NCBI GenBank assembly: GCA_963806225.1
Contig: CAWDXG010000004.1
Location: 4,832,001-4,896,000 of the forward strand
DNA from: an uncultured delta proteobacterium
GTDB taxonomy: Bacteria > Myxococcota_A > Polyangia > Polyangiales > Polyangiaceae
DNA: 64,000 nt
Reading direction: 5' to 3'
Both the position numbers and the translations under genes were made by a program. Below the pieces are notes generated by a model. It saw only the letters and a program-made list of their open reading frames with translations, was not told the origin of the DNA and did not search any database. Positions 28,939-38,940 of the stretch are shown here, piece after piece (positions within the stretch are counted from its first letter, which is position 1; the number at the start of each line of letters is the position of its first letter).

Positions 28939-29769
28939 ATGCGAATCGGGGCGGCCGCTGCGTGGGCGATCGGGGTTGTGGTTTGGGCCGTCGCGCTGCC
29001 GGCTCGCGCCGAAGCGCCGCGCGATTACTTCCTGAACGCGCCCAGGCCGGGAAACTACGCACACCTCGACGCCTACACCGTCGGCACGCAGCTCAGCCTG
29101 GAAAACCGCTCCGACCTCGAGCCCGGGATGAGCATGCTGACGACGCGTGCCAGCGGCATCCTGAGCTACCCCTACGCGGACGGCAGTATCAACATGGATG
29201 CCCGCGTGTTCCTGTTCACGCTGGGCGGCAGCCTCGGCTACCGCTGGGTGTACCGGAACCTGAGGTTTTCGTCCGGCGAGTCGCGCACGTTCCAGGCGCG
29301 TCTCGATCGCGAGAAGGCCGGACAGTTCGACACGCAGGGTTTTGCCTACGGCGAGGGACGCTTCCAGCTGGTGGTGCCGCTGGACTTCCTGTTCTTGATC
29401 AACAAGACGGCCGTCCGCTGGGAAGGCCGGCAGGACAACTCCTTCGACTGGCTGTACGCGACGGTGCACGATCGCGGCACGATGGTGAAGAACGAGACCA
29501 CGCTCTTCTACCGCCACCGCGATTTCGGCGCGATCGGCCCGATGCTGCGCGTGATGGATCTGCCCAAGGACGGCACGCGCAAGACGGAGCTCCACGTCGG
29601 CTTGGTGTACGGCACGCGCCCGGGCCTGGTCTCGCCGCGGCATCACAACAGCGACCTGTTCCTCTTGCAGGTGCTGGGCAAGCCCGGCGACAACACCTAC
29701 GGCCTGCACGGCTACCACGTGCCGCTGTACATCCTCGCGGTGTACCGCGCGACGCTGTCGCTCGACTGA
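28939..29769 (+). CDS. Secreted, possible outer-membrane beta-barrel protein
   Basis: Signal peptide, alternating amphipathic strands, C-terminal YRATLSLD. Confidence 0.5.
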   Translation: MRIGAAAAWAIGVVVWAVALPARAEAPRDYFLNAPRPGNYAHLDAYTVGTQLSLENRSDLEPGMSMLTTRASGILSYPYADGSINMDARVFLFTLGGSLGYRWVYRNLRFSSGESRTFQARLDREKAGQFDTQGFAYGEGRFQLVVPLDFLFLINKTAVRWEGRQDNSFDWLYATVHDRGTMVKNETTLFYRHRDFGAIGPMLRVMDLPKDGTRKTELHVGLVYGTRPGLVSPRHHNSDLFLLQVLGKPGDNTYGLHGYHVPLYILAVYRATLSLD

Positions 29770-29789
29770 GACCACGCGGTGGGGCCGCG

Positions 29790-30968
29790 ATGAAGACCAC
29801 GTTCGAGGGGGCGAGGGCGTATCGACCGAACCCACGGATCAGGGCGCTGTCGTGGGGCTCGGTGGTCGTGGGGCTCTTGATCGGAGTCGCAGCGATCGAG
29901 CTGGGGCCGGAGATTCTGGTCGCTTCGGTGCTCCTGGTGGGGCTGGGCCTGGCGGGTTTCGTCGTGGGGCGATCGACCGAAATGTTGGCTCTGCGCAGCA
30001 GCGAGCCGATCGCGGCGGCGCGCGAGGGGCTGTACGAAGGGGAGCGGTTGATCGTGGGGCGCGACCAGGTGCGTGCAGCGCTGACGGGTCGACACCACTC
30101 GTACGGCCCCGTCCTGGCGCTGCTTCGCGGATCGGACGTTGTGCTCGTCGAAACCGACGAGCTCCGCACTGCGGAGGACCTGCTCTGTGCCCTCCAGCTC
30201 GACGCCGTGCATCGCCGTATTGAAGTGCGTTTCCGCGTAGGGGTCGGGACCCGGCTGTTGACGTTGATGCTTGTCGCTGTCGTCGCGATCCTGGTGGCGT
30301 GGCTGTTCCGCGCACCGAGGCTGGTGGTGCTGACCGCCGTGATCGTGTTCGTCTCGAACTGGCACGCCAGGCTCGTCGTGGGCGACGACGGTCTGGCCCT
30401 TCGCACGCTCTGGCGTGAGCGGTTCGCGTCGTACGCGGAGATCCAGGGCGTCGGGTTCCGGGAAATGGCGGTTGGACCCCATGTGTGCATCGCGCTCCGC
30501 TCGGGCAGGGAGGTGCGGCTCGCTCCGTCGGAAGACCTCCGCCGGCGCGTCGGCCTCGAAAAGGGCGAGGAGGCCGTGCTCGAGCGCGTCCAGGCAGCGC
30601 TGGAGCGCTACCGCATGAGGGCGGCGCGCGCCCCTGTCCTCCCGCTCTCGCTCTCGGCGCGCACTACCGGCTCCCCCGCCGATCGCGTCCGCGCGCTCAC
30701 GAAAAAGGAGCAGGGCGGCGACGTGTACCGCCTCAATGCGCCGGATGCGGACGCTCTGCGGCAGGCCGTCGACGAGCCGACCCTGCCGCCGCGCGTGCGC
30801 GCCGAAGCGGCCATCATGCTCGGCGCGGCGGGAGACGCGGACGACCTCGAGCGACTCCGCCGCGCCGCCGAGCGCAGCGCGTGCAGGCCGCTGCGGGAGC
30901 TGTTCGAGAGCGTCGCGGTCCGCGCGGACGAAGCGACGCTGGCTCGCGCGCTCGGCCGCGTGGCGTGA
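29790..30968 (+). CDS. Membrane protein, possible bacterial PH-like domains
   Basis: Two TM pairs, each followed by a beta-rich segment; helical C-terminus. Confidence 0.55.
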   Translation: MKTTFEGARAYRPNPRIRALSWGSVVVGLLIGVAAIELGPEILVASVLLVGLGLAGFVVGRSTEMLALRSSEPIAAAREGLYEGERLIVGRDQVRAALTGRHHSYGPVLALLRGSDVVLVETDELRTAEDLLCALQLDAVHRRIEVRFRVGVGTRLLTLMLVAVVAILVAWLFRAPRLVVLTAVIVFVSNWHARLVVGDDGLALRTLWRERFASYAEIQGVGFREMAVGPHVCIALRSGREVRLAPSEDLRRRVGLEKGEEAVLERVQAALERYRMRAARAPVLPLSLSARTTGSPADRVRALTKKEQGGDVYRLNAPDADALRQAVDEPTLPPRVRAEAAIMLGAAGDADDLERLRRAAERSACRPLRELFESVAVRADEATLARALGRVA

Positions 30969-30974
30969 CCGCGG

Positions 30975-32027
30975 CTAGCCCGCCGGCGCGACCGCCGCGC
31001 GTTTCCGGCCGGCGCGCCGCGCTTCGAGCCCCGCCGCAAGCGCCACGGCTCCGAGCGACAGCGCGAGCGTCATCGCCCACACGCCGGCCGCGCTGTGCGG
31101 GATCACGCCGGCGAAGTCGAGCACGCCCAGCACGCCGAGGTGCGCGACGTAGGCGGCGAGCGCGTGCTGTCCGAGCCACAGCACGGGCGTCATCGCGCGC
31201 GGGCGGCACATGGCGTTCTGCGTCGCGAGAAGCAGGAGCGCGCTGCCGAGCAGGGGTGCGAGCAGCGCGAGCGCACCCACTGCCGAGTGGTTCCAGAACA
31301 CGACGGCCACGGTGCCCGGCGGGTGCGAGAACAGGTCGGCGAGCGCGAGCTCTCCGGCGTGCGCGGCGTAGTGCGACGCGCGCAGGGTGACCCACGGCCC
31401 GGCCGGCGCGGCCAGCGCCGAGATGGGCACGGCTCCGACCGTCAGCCAGCCCAGAGCGCGTAGGCCGCCGTCGGAGTACACGCGCCCCGCGATGGCGCCC
31501 GTCGCCGTCAGCGCCAGCAACGGGAAGGCTCCGCCCGGACCCGCGTTGAGCCCGGTCAGCGTTGCGCCGGACACGTCGAGCAGGCGTGTGACGGCGATCA
31601 CCGCGACCGCGAACCCAGCGAGCGGCGTGATCGGGCGCGGCAGAGCCAGCATCAGCCCGACTGTGACGATCCCGATCGCGATGACCGACAGGATCCCCGA
31701 CGACGTGACCAGATCCGGCAGCTCGAAGCCGTAGTGCGCGACGAAGAGCGCGGCGGAGATCGCATACAGCAGCGCTGCGCGACGCACGATCAGCCGCACC
31801 CACGGACCCGGCTCCGCGAAGCGCCGCCGGGACAGCACCAGGCTGAAGCCCACGATGAACAGGAACGCGCCCGCCGTGTAGGGTTCCAGATAGACCAGCA
31901 GGTGGAGCAGCCGCTGCCCGGGCGCGCCCTGCGCCACGTCCGTCTGCAGCCGGTACCCGTGCGCCTCGAACATCAAGAGCACGGCGATGGCCCGGAACAG
32001 ATCGATCCCCGGTTCGGAACGGCGCAT
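30975..32027 (-). CDS. DUF1624/HGSNAT-like membrane acyltransferase-domain protein
   Basis: GIDLFRAIAVLLM..AH, FLFIVGFSL, WLGQHAL..YVAH. Confidence 0.75.
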   Translation of the reverse strand: MRRSEPGIDLFRAIAVLLMFEAHGYRLQTDVAQGAPGQRLLHLLVYLEPYTAGAFLFIVGFSLVLSRRRFAEPGPWVRLIVRRAALLYAISAALFVAHYGFELPDLVTSSGILSVIAIGIVTVGLMLALPRPITPLAGFAVAVIAVTRLLDVSGATLTGLNAGPGGAFPLLALTATGAIAGRVYSDGGLRALGWLTVGAVPISALAAPAGPWVTLRASHYAAHAGELALADLFSHPPGTVAVVFWNHSAVGALALLAPLLGSALLLLATQNAMCRPRAMTPVLWLGQHALAAYVAHLGVLGVLDFAGVIPHSAAGVWAMTLALSLGAVALAAGLEARRAGRKRAAVAPAG

Positions 32028-32086
32028 AGCAGCGACACGGAGCGTAGCGCGTTCGCGCCCCGGTCAACCGGTGTACAATCGCCTTC

Positions 32087-33694
32087 ATGCTTCGACGTTG
32101 ACGCTCCGCGATACTGGCTGCTGGCGCGCTGCTCGCGCTTTCCTGGGCCGGTTGCTCCGTCTCGACCAAGAGCGGCACGGCGTCCGGCGGCAGTGCAGGC
32201 ACAGCGGCCTCGGGAGGCAACGGAGGCTCGATCCCCTGGCCCGACGGCGGGGGCGGCACGGCCGGCACCTCCACCGGCGGCACCTCGACGGGCGGCTCGG
32301 GTGGCAGTGGCGGGGCACCGCTGCCCTGCGACTCGCGCTTCTCGTTCAGCAAGAATCCGGCGACCGTCGGCGTGCCGTTTACGGCGAGCTTCACCGATGC
32401 GCCCGGCTACTCCTACGTGGGCATGAATGTGAGCGGGCCCGGCTCGCCGAAGACGACGTGGGTGGGCGTTTCCGGAACGCCGCACACCTGGAGCTGGACG
32501 GTGTCGGGTCACGGCGCGGGCGTGCTCGACTTCACCTTCGTGAAGGACGCCAACGGTACGGCCGGAGCGCCCGTCGCCTCCTGCCAGATCTACTCGAACC
32601 AGGGTGGCGGCGGCAGCGGGGGGACCGGTGGCAGCGGGGGAACGGGCGGCAGCGGCGGAACCGGTGGTTCGGGTGGCAGCGGCGGTGCGCCGCCGGTCAA
32701 CCGCTACGGCATCGGCTACGTCAACGAGGGGAACGCGTCGGACAACGCGCTGTCGGCGAAGCTGACCGGGCCGGGCGGCTACGTGACAGTCATCTTTGCC
32801 GACATCAAACCGGGGCGCACGAACGCGGATCAGTCGTGGAAGAACTCGATCTCCGATCTGTATTCCCGCGATCTGATCCCGGTGATCCGCATGGCGCCGC
32901 CGTGGGGCGACCGCCGCGTGCGCAACATGGGCGAGAGCCCGACTTCGTACAAGGCGCTGGCGCAGGCCTACGTCGCGGTGATCAAGGATCTGCCGAAGCG
33001 CGCGGGTTGGCCGATGTACATCGAGGTGCACAACGAGCCGAACCTCTGTTACGAGTGGGCCTGCGACAGCGGCTCGCTGACGGCGCAGCAGATGGCGAGC
33101 GAGTATGCGCACATGCTGTCCGACGTAGCCGACGCGGTGCACGCTATCGGCGACCCGCGCATCAAGGTGCTGAACGGCGCGCTCGCACCGGGTGGCGTGA
33201 ACTCCTGCGACTGCTCGACGCAGGATGGCCCGCCCGGCACGCTGTCGGCGACCTTCCTCGGCTACATGAAGAGCGCGGTGCCCGGCGTGTTCGACAAGAT
33301 CGACGCCTTCGCCGCGCACTCGTATCCAGCCAACGGCGAGGGGTACGGCTTCTTCTGCGCGTACAGCGAGGCGATGCCGGGGCTGACCTATTTCAAGAAG
33401 GAACTATCCGCCATCGGCAAGCCGAACATGAAGGTCATCATGACGGAGACCGGCTGGACCATCTCGCATGCGCCGTACACGTGGTCGCGCGACCAGGTCG
33501 CCGACTACACCGTCTCGGCCTACCAGAACGTGTGGCTCACCGATCCGAACATCCTCGCCGTGACACCCTTCATCCTGCGCGACTCGAGCTGGAACGACTT
33601 CGCCTGGGTGCAGACGAACGGGACGCCGTATCCCGTCTACACCAAGGTCCGCGCCTACCGCTGCTCCCAGCCCGGCGCGCAGAACTGCAACTAG
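32087..33694 (+). CDS. Lipoprotein clan GH-A glycoside hydrolase; in-frame TGA at codon 5 (32099-32101)
   Basis: MLRR*RSAILAAGALLALSWAGC lipoprotein signal is in frame with ORF 32372..33694; HNEPN acid/base and MTETGW nucleophile motifs. Confidence 0.7.
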
Positions 33695-33712
33695 CCCAGT
33701 CAGCCACCCGGG

Positions 33713-33955
33713 TCAGGACTGCTGGGTATCCGGCTCGTCGTCTTCTTCCTCGAGGGCGAGGGGGGGAGCGGGGATGGTGTCGTGCGCGTAGCCGTCCTGT
33801 TCGAGCTTCGCCTTCTTGGGATCGATGTCGGGCAGCGTTGCGCGGGGCTCGCTGTCCTTGTCCTCGCGCGAGTCGGGCGCGATCTGGATGCGTGGCTCGC
33901 TCGCCGTCGCTGTGCTCTCGGCGGGGCTCTTCTTGGTGGGGTGCTCGTCGCTCAT
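33713..33955 (-). CDS. Small acidic hypothetical protein
   Basis: 80-aa ORF with GC-organism codon usage. Confidence 0.5.
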   Translation of the reverse strand: MSDEHPTKKSPAESTATASEPRIQIAPDSREDKDSEPRATLPDIDPKKAKLEQDGYAHDTIPAPPLALEEEDDEPDTQQS

Positions 33956-34087
33956 GAAGACAGGCCGACCCCGTGGTCGGCTCCTGGGTCATGGTACACG
34001 AAACGGGCTTGCCACAAACCGGGCGGCCCGGCCGGCCGCAAATAGCACCACGACTCCAGTGACTTGGCGCGCCGACGCGGCGCGCCG

Positions 34088-34741
34088 CTACTGGCGCTGC
34101 GGCAGCGGCGGACAGGCGCAGGCGAAGAGCGTCGCGCGGTGACCGCTTGTGTTCTGGTAGGGCATCGGTCGTCCCTCGGGCCACACCCTGCAGTCGCGGA
34201 TCGGGCGCCCGTCGTCGAGCAACTCGCCGGCCACCCGCCACTCGAGCTGGCGGCGCGGCGGATCGTGATCCGGCGGCAGCTCCTGTCCGGGCTCGATGTG
34301 CAGGAGATACAGCCCGGCCTCGTGCGTCTCCAACAACACCTCGATCGCGCCCCAGCTCTGCGGCCGCTTCTCGGGTGGATACTGGGCGCGACGCCGCCGG
34401 ATCTGCACGGCAACCGAGCGCGCACGACCGTGCAGCGCGGCCGGCTTCTCGAGACGGATCCCCACCTCCTCTGCGACGCCGTTCAGGCCGAACAGCGCGG
34501 CAGCCAGTTCCTCGATGGCGACCTCGATCAACCGGTACTCGCGGAAGCGCAGCAGCGTGGTCACTTCCTCGGCGATGCGATCGTAGTCGCAGGTCTGCGT
34601 GATGCGACCGCTACGCCCTGCCGTCGACAGATCCAGACCGAGGTCGATGTCGAGCCGCACCGGCTGCTTGCGCCGGCGCTCGCGCGGCCGCAGGCCGACG
34701 ATGCACTCGAGCTCCAGGCCGACGATCTGGATGAGATCCAT
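34088..34741 (-). CDS. folB: Dihydroneopterin aldolase with C-terminal cupin-like extension
   Basis: IVGL...ER..KQPVRLDIDL, TCDYDRI, LIE, RLEKP, plus ~90 extra aa. Confidence 0.8.
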   Translation of the reverse strand: MDLIQIVGLELECIVGLRPRERRRKQPVRLDIDLGLDLSTAGRSGRITQTCDYDRIAEEVTTLLRFREYRLIEVAIEELAAALFGLNGVAEEVGIRLEKPAALHGRARSVAVQIRRRRAQYPPEKRPQSWGAIEVLLETHEAGLYLLHIEPGQELPPDHDPPRRQLEWRVAGELLDDGRPIRDCRVWPEGRPMPYQNTSGHRATLFACACPPLPQRQ

Positions 34742-34928
34742 GGTCTTTGCTGCCGTGCGGCAAGGCCGGCGCGGCGCGACCATCCCACGCGGCCGAAGCC
34801 GACGCCAGCGTCTGCGCGCCGTACCCGCACTGCTCGCTTGCTCAGCACTCTGCGCTTTCCGTAGCGGAAAGGCTGTCTGCGCAGCGCTCCGCTTAGCCGG
34901 ATTCGCGTCTGTCCTCTACACTGTCGCC

Positions 34929-36617
34929 ATGACCCGTCGGGGCAGACTTTTCTTCGTGCTTGTCGCAGTCGCTCTGGCTGGCGGCGGTTGTGGTTCACGT
35001 ACCGGCATGCTCGACCCCTACGCGGCGAGTGGCGGCGCCGGCGGTTCCGGCGCCGGTGGCACGGCGGGTGTCGGCGGCACCGCGGGCATCGGTGGTGGCG
35101 GGACAGGAAACGTCAGCGGAACAGGAGGGGCGCCCGTCTGCGCGCAGCCCACCTGCAACGGCTGCCACAGCTGCATGAGCCTGTGCCTGTGCAAGGGCGA
35201 GTCGAGCTCCGTGTGCAACAGCGTGTGCGGGGGCACCGGTGGTGTCGGTGGTGTCGGTGGCGGCGGTTTCGGCGGCGTCGGCGGGGGGCCGACGTGCGGG
35301 CCGCCTGCCTGCAACGGTTGCCAGAGCTGCATGGACAGTTGTCTGTGCCTGGGCGGTTCGCCCGCCATCTGCAGCCAGAAGTGCGGCGGAGGTGACTGCT
35401 GCGTGCCGAGCGGGACCAAGAGCTGCAACAATCCCGGCATAGCCAAGTGCGTGTGCAAGTCCGATCCGTACTGCTGCAAGAACACCTGGGACGCTGCCTG
35501 CGTGAACGAGGTCAACACGCTCGGCTGCGGCACGTGCAACGTGGGCGGTAGCGGCGGAGTCGGCGGCATGGGCGGCGTCGCTGGATTCGGAGGAGTCGGC
35601 GGCGGCACCGGCGGAGTCGGCGGCGGCACCGGCGTGGTGTGTGGCGGGCAGCTCTGCGCGTCGCTCAGCATCGGGGGCTTCACGCTTCCGGCCTGTTGCC
35701 CGCCGGTCAACCCGAACACCTGCGGGCTGGACACGACCACCATCGCCGGCTTCGCTCCCGGCATTCCCAAGGGATGCGTCCTGCGCAACCAGCCCGGCTT
35801 CCCGGACCCCTCGTGTCCGCCGATGTCTGTCCCAGGTAACGGCTCACTGCCCGGTTGCTGCAAGCCCAGCGGGCTGTGTGGCAACCAGATGGGCCCGCTC
35901 GGTCTCGGTTGCGTAGACACCTCGCCCTACGGCGGACCGCCCGAGCAGAAGTGCGGGGGCGTCGGCGGCAGCGGCGGCTTCGGCGGGACCGCTGGTTTCG
36001 GCGGCAGCGGCGGCTTCGGCGGGACCGCTGGTTTCGGCGGAACGGGAGCGGTTGCCGGCGCCGGCGGCACAGGCGGATACACAGGCGACTGCTGCACGCA
36101 GCAGCAGGGACCGGGCTGCAACGACCCGGGCGTCTACAAGTGCGTCTGCCAAACCGACGCTTTCTGCTGCAAGACGCGCTGGGACTCGATCTGCGTGAAC
36201 GAGATCAGCTCGCTCAACTGCGGCGCCTGCGCCGGCAGCGGCGGCGCGGGTGGCGCAGCGGGTGGTCCCGGCTCCGGCGGCAGCGGCGGCTTCGGCGGCG
36301 GCGTCTCGGGCGGAGGCGGCGTCTCGGGTGGCGGCGGCACCGGCGGCGTCGGCCAATGCGTGGCGCAGTCGAAGACGGCCTGTCGCGCGTGCGCCTGCCA
36401 GTCGTGTTTCTCCCAGCTCGGCGCCTGCATCGCGGACTTTGGCTGCCCGCAGATCCTCCAGTGCGTGCGGAAGACCGGGTGCACCGGTCCGAACTGCTAC
36501 CTGCCCGGCACCTGCAAGGGCGTGATCGACAACTTCGGCGGTCCTACGGGCTCCTCGGCGCAGAACGCGATCCAGCTGTACGCCTGCACGCAGCAGGCCG
36601 GTTGCCCCTGCCCGTAG
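34929..36617 (+). CDS. Gly/Cys-rich modular lipoprotein
   Basis: Lipobox GGGC; duplicated CNGC.SCM..CLC and GDCC...CVC..D..CC...WD..CVNE modules; 36-bp duplication at 35964-36035. Confidence 0.8.
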   Translation: MTRRGRLFFVLVAVALAGGGCGSRTGMLDPYAASGGAGGSGAGGTAGVGGTAGIGGGGTGNVSGTGGAPVCAQPTCNGCHSCMSLCLCKGESSSVCNSVCGGTGGVGGVGGGGFGGVGGGPTCGPPACNGCQSCMDSCLCLGGSPAICSQKCGGGDCCVPSGTKSCNNPGIAKCVCKSDPYCCKNTWDAACVNEVNTLGCGTCNVGGSGGVGGMGGVAGFGGVGGGTGGVGGGTGVVCGGQLCASLSIGGFTLPACCPPVNPNTCGLDTTTIAGFAPGIPKGCVLRNQPGFPDPSCPPMSVPGNGSLPGCCKPSGLCGNQMGPLGLGCVDTSPYGGPPEQKCGGVGGSGGFGGTAGFGGSGGFGGTAGFGGTGAVAGAGGTGGYTGDCCTQQQGPGCNDPGVYKCVCQTDAFCCKTRWDSICVNEISSLNCGACAGSGGAGGAAGGPGSGGSGGFGGGVSGGGGVSGGGGTGGVGQCVAQSKTACRACACQSCFSQLGACIADFGCPQILQCVRKTGCTGPNCYLPGTCKGVIDNFGGPTGSSAQNAIQLYACTQQAGCPCP

Positions 36618-36644
36618 GCGACGGCTGCGCGGGCGCCGGCGCGC

Positions 36645-36902
36645 TCAGGCGTCCTGGTGGGTTGGCGCGGGCTCGTCGAGCTCCGCCACCGGATCGGACT
36701 CGAGCTCGGGCGCGGGCCGCTTCTTCTTCTTCTTCTTCCGGCGCCGCGGAGGAGGATCCGGATCGCCGGCGATGCCCTTCTTGAAGTTGCGGATCCCCTT
36801 GCCCAGGCCGCCGCCGAGATCCCCCAGCTTCTGTGGTCCGAACAGCAGCAGCACCACCACGAGCACGACGAGGATGTGCTCAATGCTGAACTCACCACCC
36901 AT
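36645..36902 (-). CDS. tatA: Twin-arginine translocase TatA/TatE subunit
   Basis: [27 protein letters not shown]. Confidence 0.9.
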   Translation of the reverse strand: MGGEFSIEHILVVLVVVLLLFGPQKLGDLGGGLGKGIRNFKKGIAGDPDPPPRRRKKKKKKRPAPELESDPVAELDEPAPTHQDA

Positions 36903-37010
36903 GGGAAGGCTCCATTCGGGCAATCGCAGTCATGTCGAATCGTGGCGGAGCATTCCACACGCCACCGCATGGGCAACCCGCAGGGCCTCCGCGCTATTCC
37001 TGCCGCGCAG

Positions 37011-37448
37011 CTAGTGCGTCACGACAGGCTGCTGCGACTGCTCCACGAACGCCACCGGCCAGGACACCTCTTCGCGGCTCCAGCTTCCACCGCCCGTGTG
37101 GCGCCATTCCACGCGCAGATCGTACTGTCCGAGCACAGGCGGCATCGGCAGGCCCATGGTGCGGGTCCGGTAGCGTGGCGTCACGGACCGGTGGGAAAGG
37201 ACGTCGCTGACGGTCTCGAGGCTGGTGGCCGTCGCGATCAGCAGGAAACGCATCTCGAAGTCGGTCGATAGCTCGCCCGCCGAGAGCTCCCAGTAGGCGT
37301 GGATTTCGAGCGGGATGACCCCGCCGGGGGGCGGCGGCGCATTCGGCGGCACGTTGAGCTGTTCGACCAGATTGAACAGCGTCACGTTGTTCGAGTGCTG
37401 ATCCACGGACGAGCCGCTGCACAGCGTCAACAGATAGCAACGAGGCAC
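37011..37448 (-). CDS. Conserved hypothetical protein (DUF6941-like)
   Basis: LC..SSVDQ.SNNVTLFN...G.Y.LRVEW pattern. Confidence 0.55.
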   Translation of the reverse strand: MPRCYLLTLCSGSSVDQHSNNVTLFNLVEQLNVPPNAPPPPGGVIPLEIHAYWELSAGELSTDFEMRFLLIATATSLETVSDVLSHRSVTPRYRTRTMGLPMPPVLGQYDLRVEWRHTGGGSWSREEVSWPVAFVEQSQQPVVTH

Positions 37449-37554
37449 GCCGCCTCATCTACAACTTCTAGCCCGAAAGCGCACGCGCCTATCGGTGAAG
37501 CCGGGATCCGGGCGTGCGTTCCCGGCTCACAGCGTGGGGCGCGAGCGCGGGTCC

Positions 37555-38382
37555 CTACGGCACCGGTGCGTTCGAGGTGTTGTGAGGAGCCGCTGGCGTC
37601 ACGCTGGCGAAATCGCTCGCGTTGTTGTTCGTGTCCTGGCAGTTGCCGCCGCTGCCGCCGGGCTTGCGCTCGAGTGCCACATCGGCGTTGCCGGCGGTGC
37701 TGTCGTCGTGCGGGGAGTTGTCGACCGGCGCACCTTCGCACTGGTAGCTCGAGTCGAGATGGGACTTCGTCGTCGAATCGAAGTAGAAGCAGACGGCGTC
37801 CACGATGCTGTTGCCGTGCTGCAGCTGCACGGCGCCAGCGTCGGTGATACCAGACGTGAGGAGATCGTCGCTTGCGGGACTCTGCGTGAAGGCGGAGCCC
37901 CCGATCAGGAAGTGACCATGCACGGGAATTGTCTTTCCGCCACCGGTCCAGCGCGTCGTGAAGCTCGAGCCCGTGTCGCTCCGTGCCACGATTGTCCAGC
38001 TGCTGTCGAGCGTCACTGCGGAGCCCGTCGGGTTGTACAGCTCGATGAAGTCGTCCGAGCCCCCGGCGGGTCCGCGTGTGCGGAGCTGTCCGATCACCAC
38101 GTGAGACAGCCCGCACGTCGCGCCTCCGCCGCTTCCGCCTGCGCCGCCAGTTCCCGCTGTCCCTCCGGTGCCGCCAGCGCCAGCCGTGCCCGCGCTGCCG
38201 CTGGCACCGCCGCTGCCGCCGCCGCTGCCGCCCGCGGCCGCGGCGCCGCCCGTCCCCGCGTAGCCCCCACTTCCGCCGAAGCCGGTCGCCGGCACACCCG
38301 CGGCCTGTGCGCAGCCACCCAGGACAAGCGCCGCAACCGTCACGGCGGCACGATGGAATCGATTGAGAAGGAAACAGCGCAT
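37555..38382 (-). CDS. Lamin-tail-domain lipoprotein
   Basis: Lipobox LGGC; VVI.Q..TRG...DDFIELYNPT.SAV.L..W. Confidence 0.8.
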   Translation of the reverse strand: MRCFLLNRFHRAAVTVAALVLGGCAQAAGVPATGFGGSGGYAGTGGAAAAGGSGGGSGGASGSAGTAGAGGTGGTAGTGGAGGSGGGATCGLSHVVIGQLRTRGPAGGSDDFIELYNPTGSAVTLDSSWTIVARSDTGSSFTTRWTGGGKTIPVHGHFLIGGSAFTQSPASDDLLTSGITDAGAVQLQHGNSIVDAVCFYFDSTTKSHLDSSYQCEGAPVDNSPHDDSTAGNADVALERKPGGSGGNCQDTNNNASDFASVTPAAPHNTSNAPVP

Positions 38383-38511
38383 CGACACACCTCGAATCGA
38401 ATGCCCGCTACCACGGATTCGGCGCGTGCGTTAGTCGTGACCTGACGTTGGTAGCGTGAGGGTTCCGGTTGGGCGCTCGACGCGCGCGCGCCGTTCGGCC
38501 AAGCTCGAATC

Positions 38512-38940
38512 GTGGCCGCTCCTCCGCCCCATCCGCAGCATTTCGCGAGCGCGCCGCCCCCGCCAGCGCAGCGTGTGCGACGGAACGTCGTCGTCGGCGT
38601 GCTCGCCGCGGTGCTGGTGGCCGGCGCGCTGGCCGATGCGGTCGTGGCCAATCGGCGCGCCGCGCGCGCCGAAGAGCAAATCCGGCAGGAGAAGGCCGCG
38701 CGTCGCGCCGCAGAGCTCGCGCGCCAGGGCGAGATGCGCCGCACCGCCGCCCAGGTGGAGGCCCTGAAGCAACGCATGCACGCTCTGGCCGTGGACGCAG
38801 GGGTCAGCGGGCGGATGGAATCGAAAGTCCGGTCCCAGGACGCCGAGGCGCCGCTAGAGCCTGTGGTCCTGCCGCGCCTCGAAGTTCCGCCGGCACCCGG
38901 TTGGAAGGCGAAGCACACGTACGGGTGGACTGCACGGTGA
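38512..38940 (+). CDS. Hypothetical single-TM coiled-coil protein
   Basis: TM helix plus coiled coil; GTGA overlap with the next gene. Confidence 0.55.
   Translation: MAAPPPHPQHFASAPPPPAQRVRRNVVVGVLAAVLVAGALADAVVANRRAARAEEQIRQEKAARRAAELARQGEMRRTAAQVEALKQRMHALAVDAGVSGRMESKVRSQDAEAPLEPVVLPRLEVPPAPGWKAKHTYGWTAR

Noticed and set aside
19219..32101. Genome-wide TGA reassignment
   Set aside because: Many conserved genes (sdhB, nadA, asd, the oxidoreductase) end properly at TGA.
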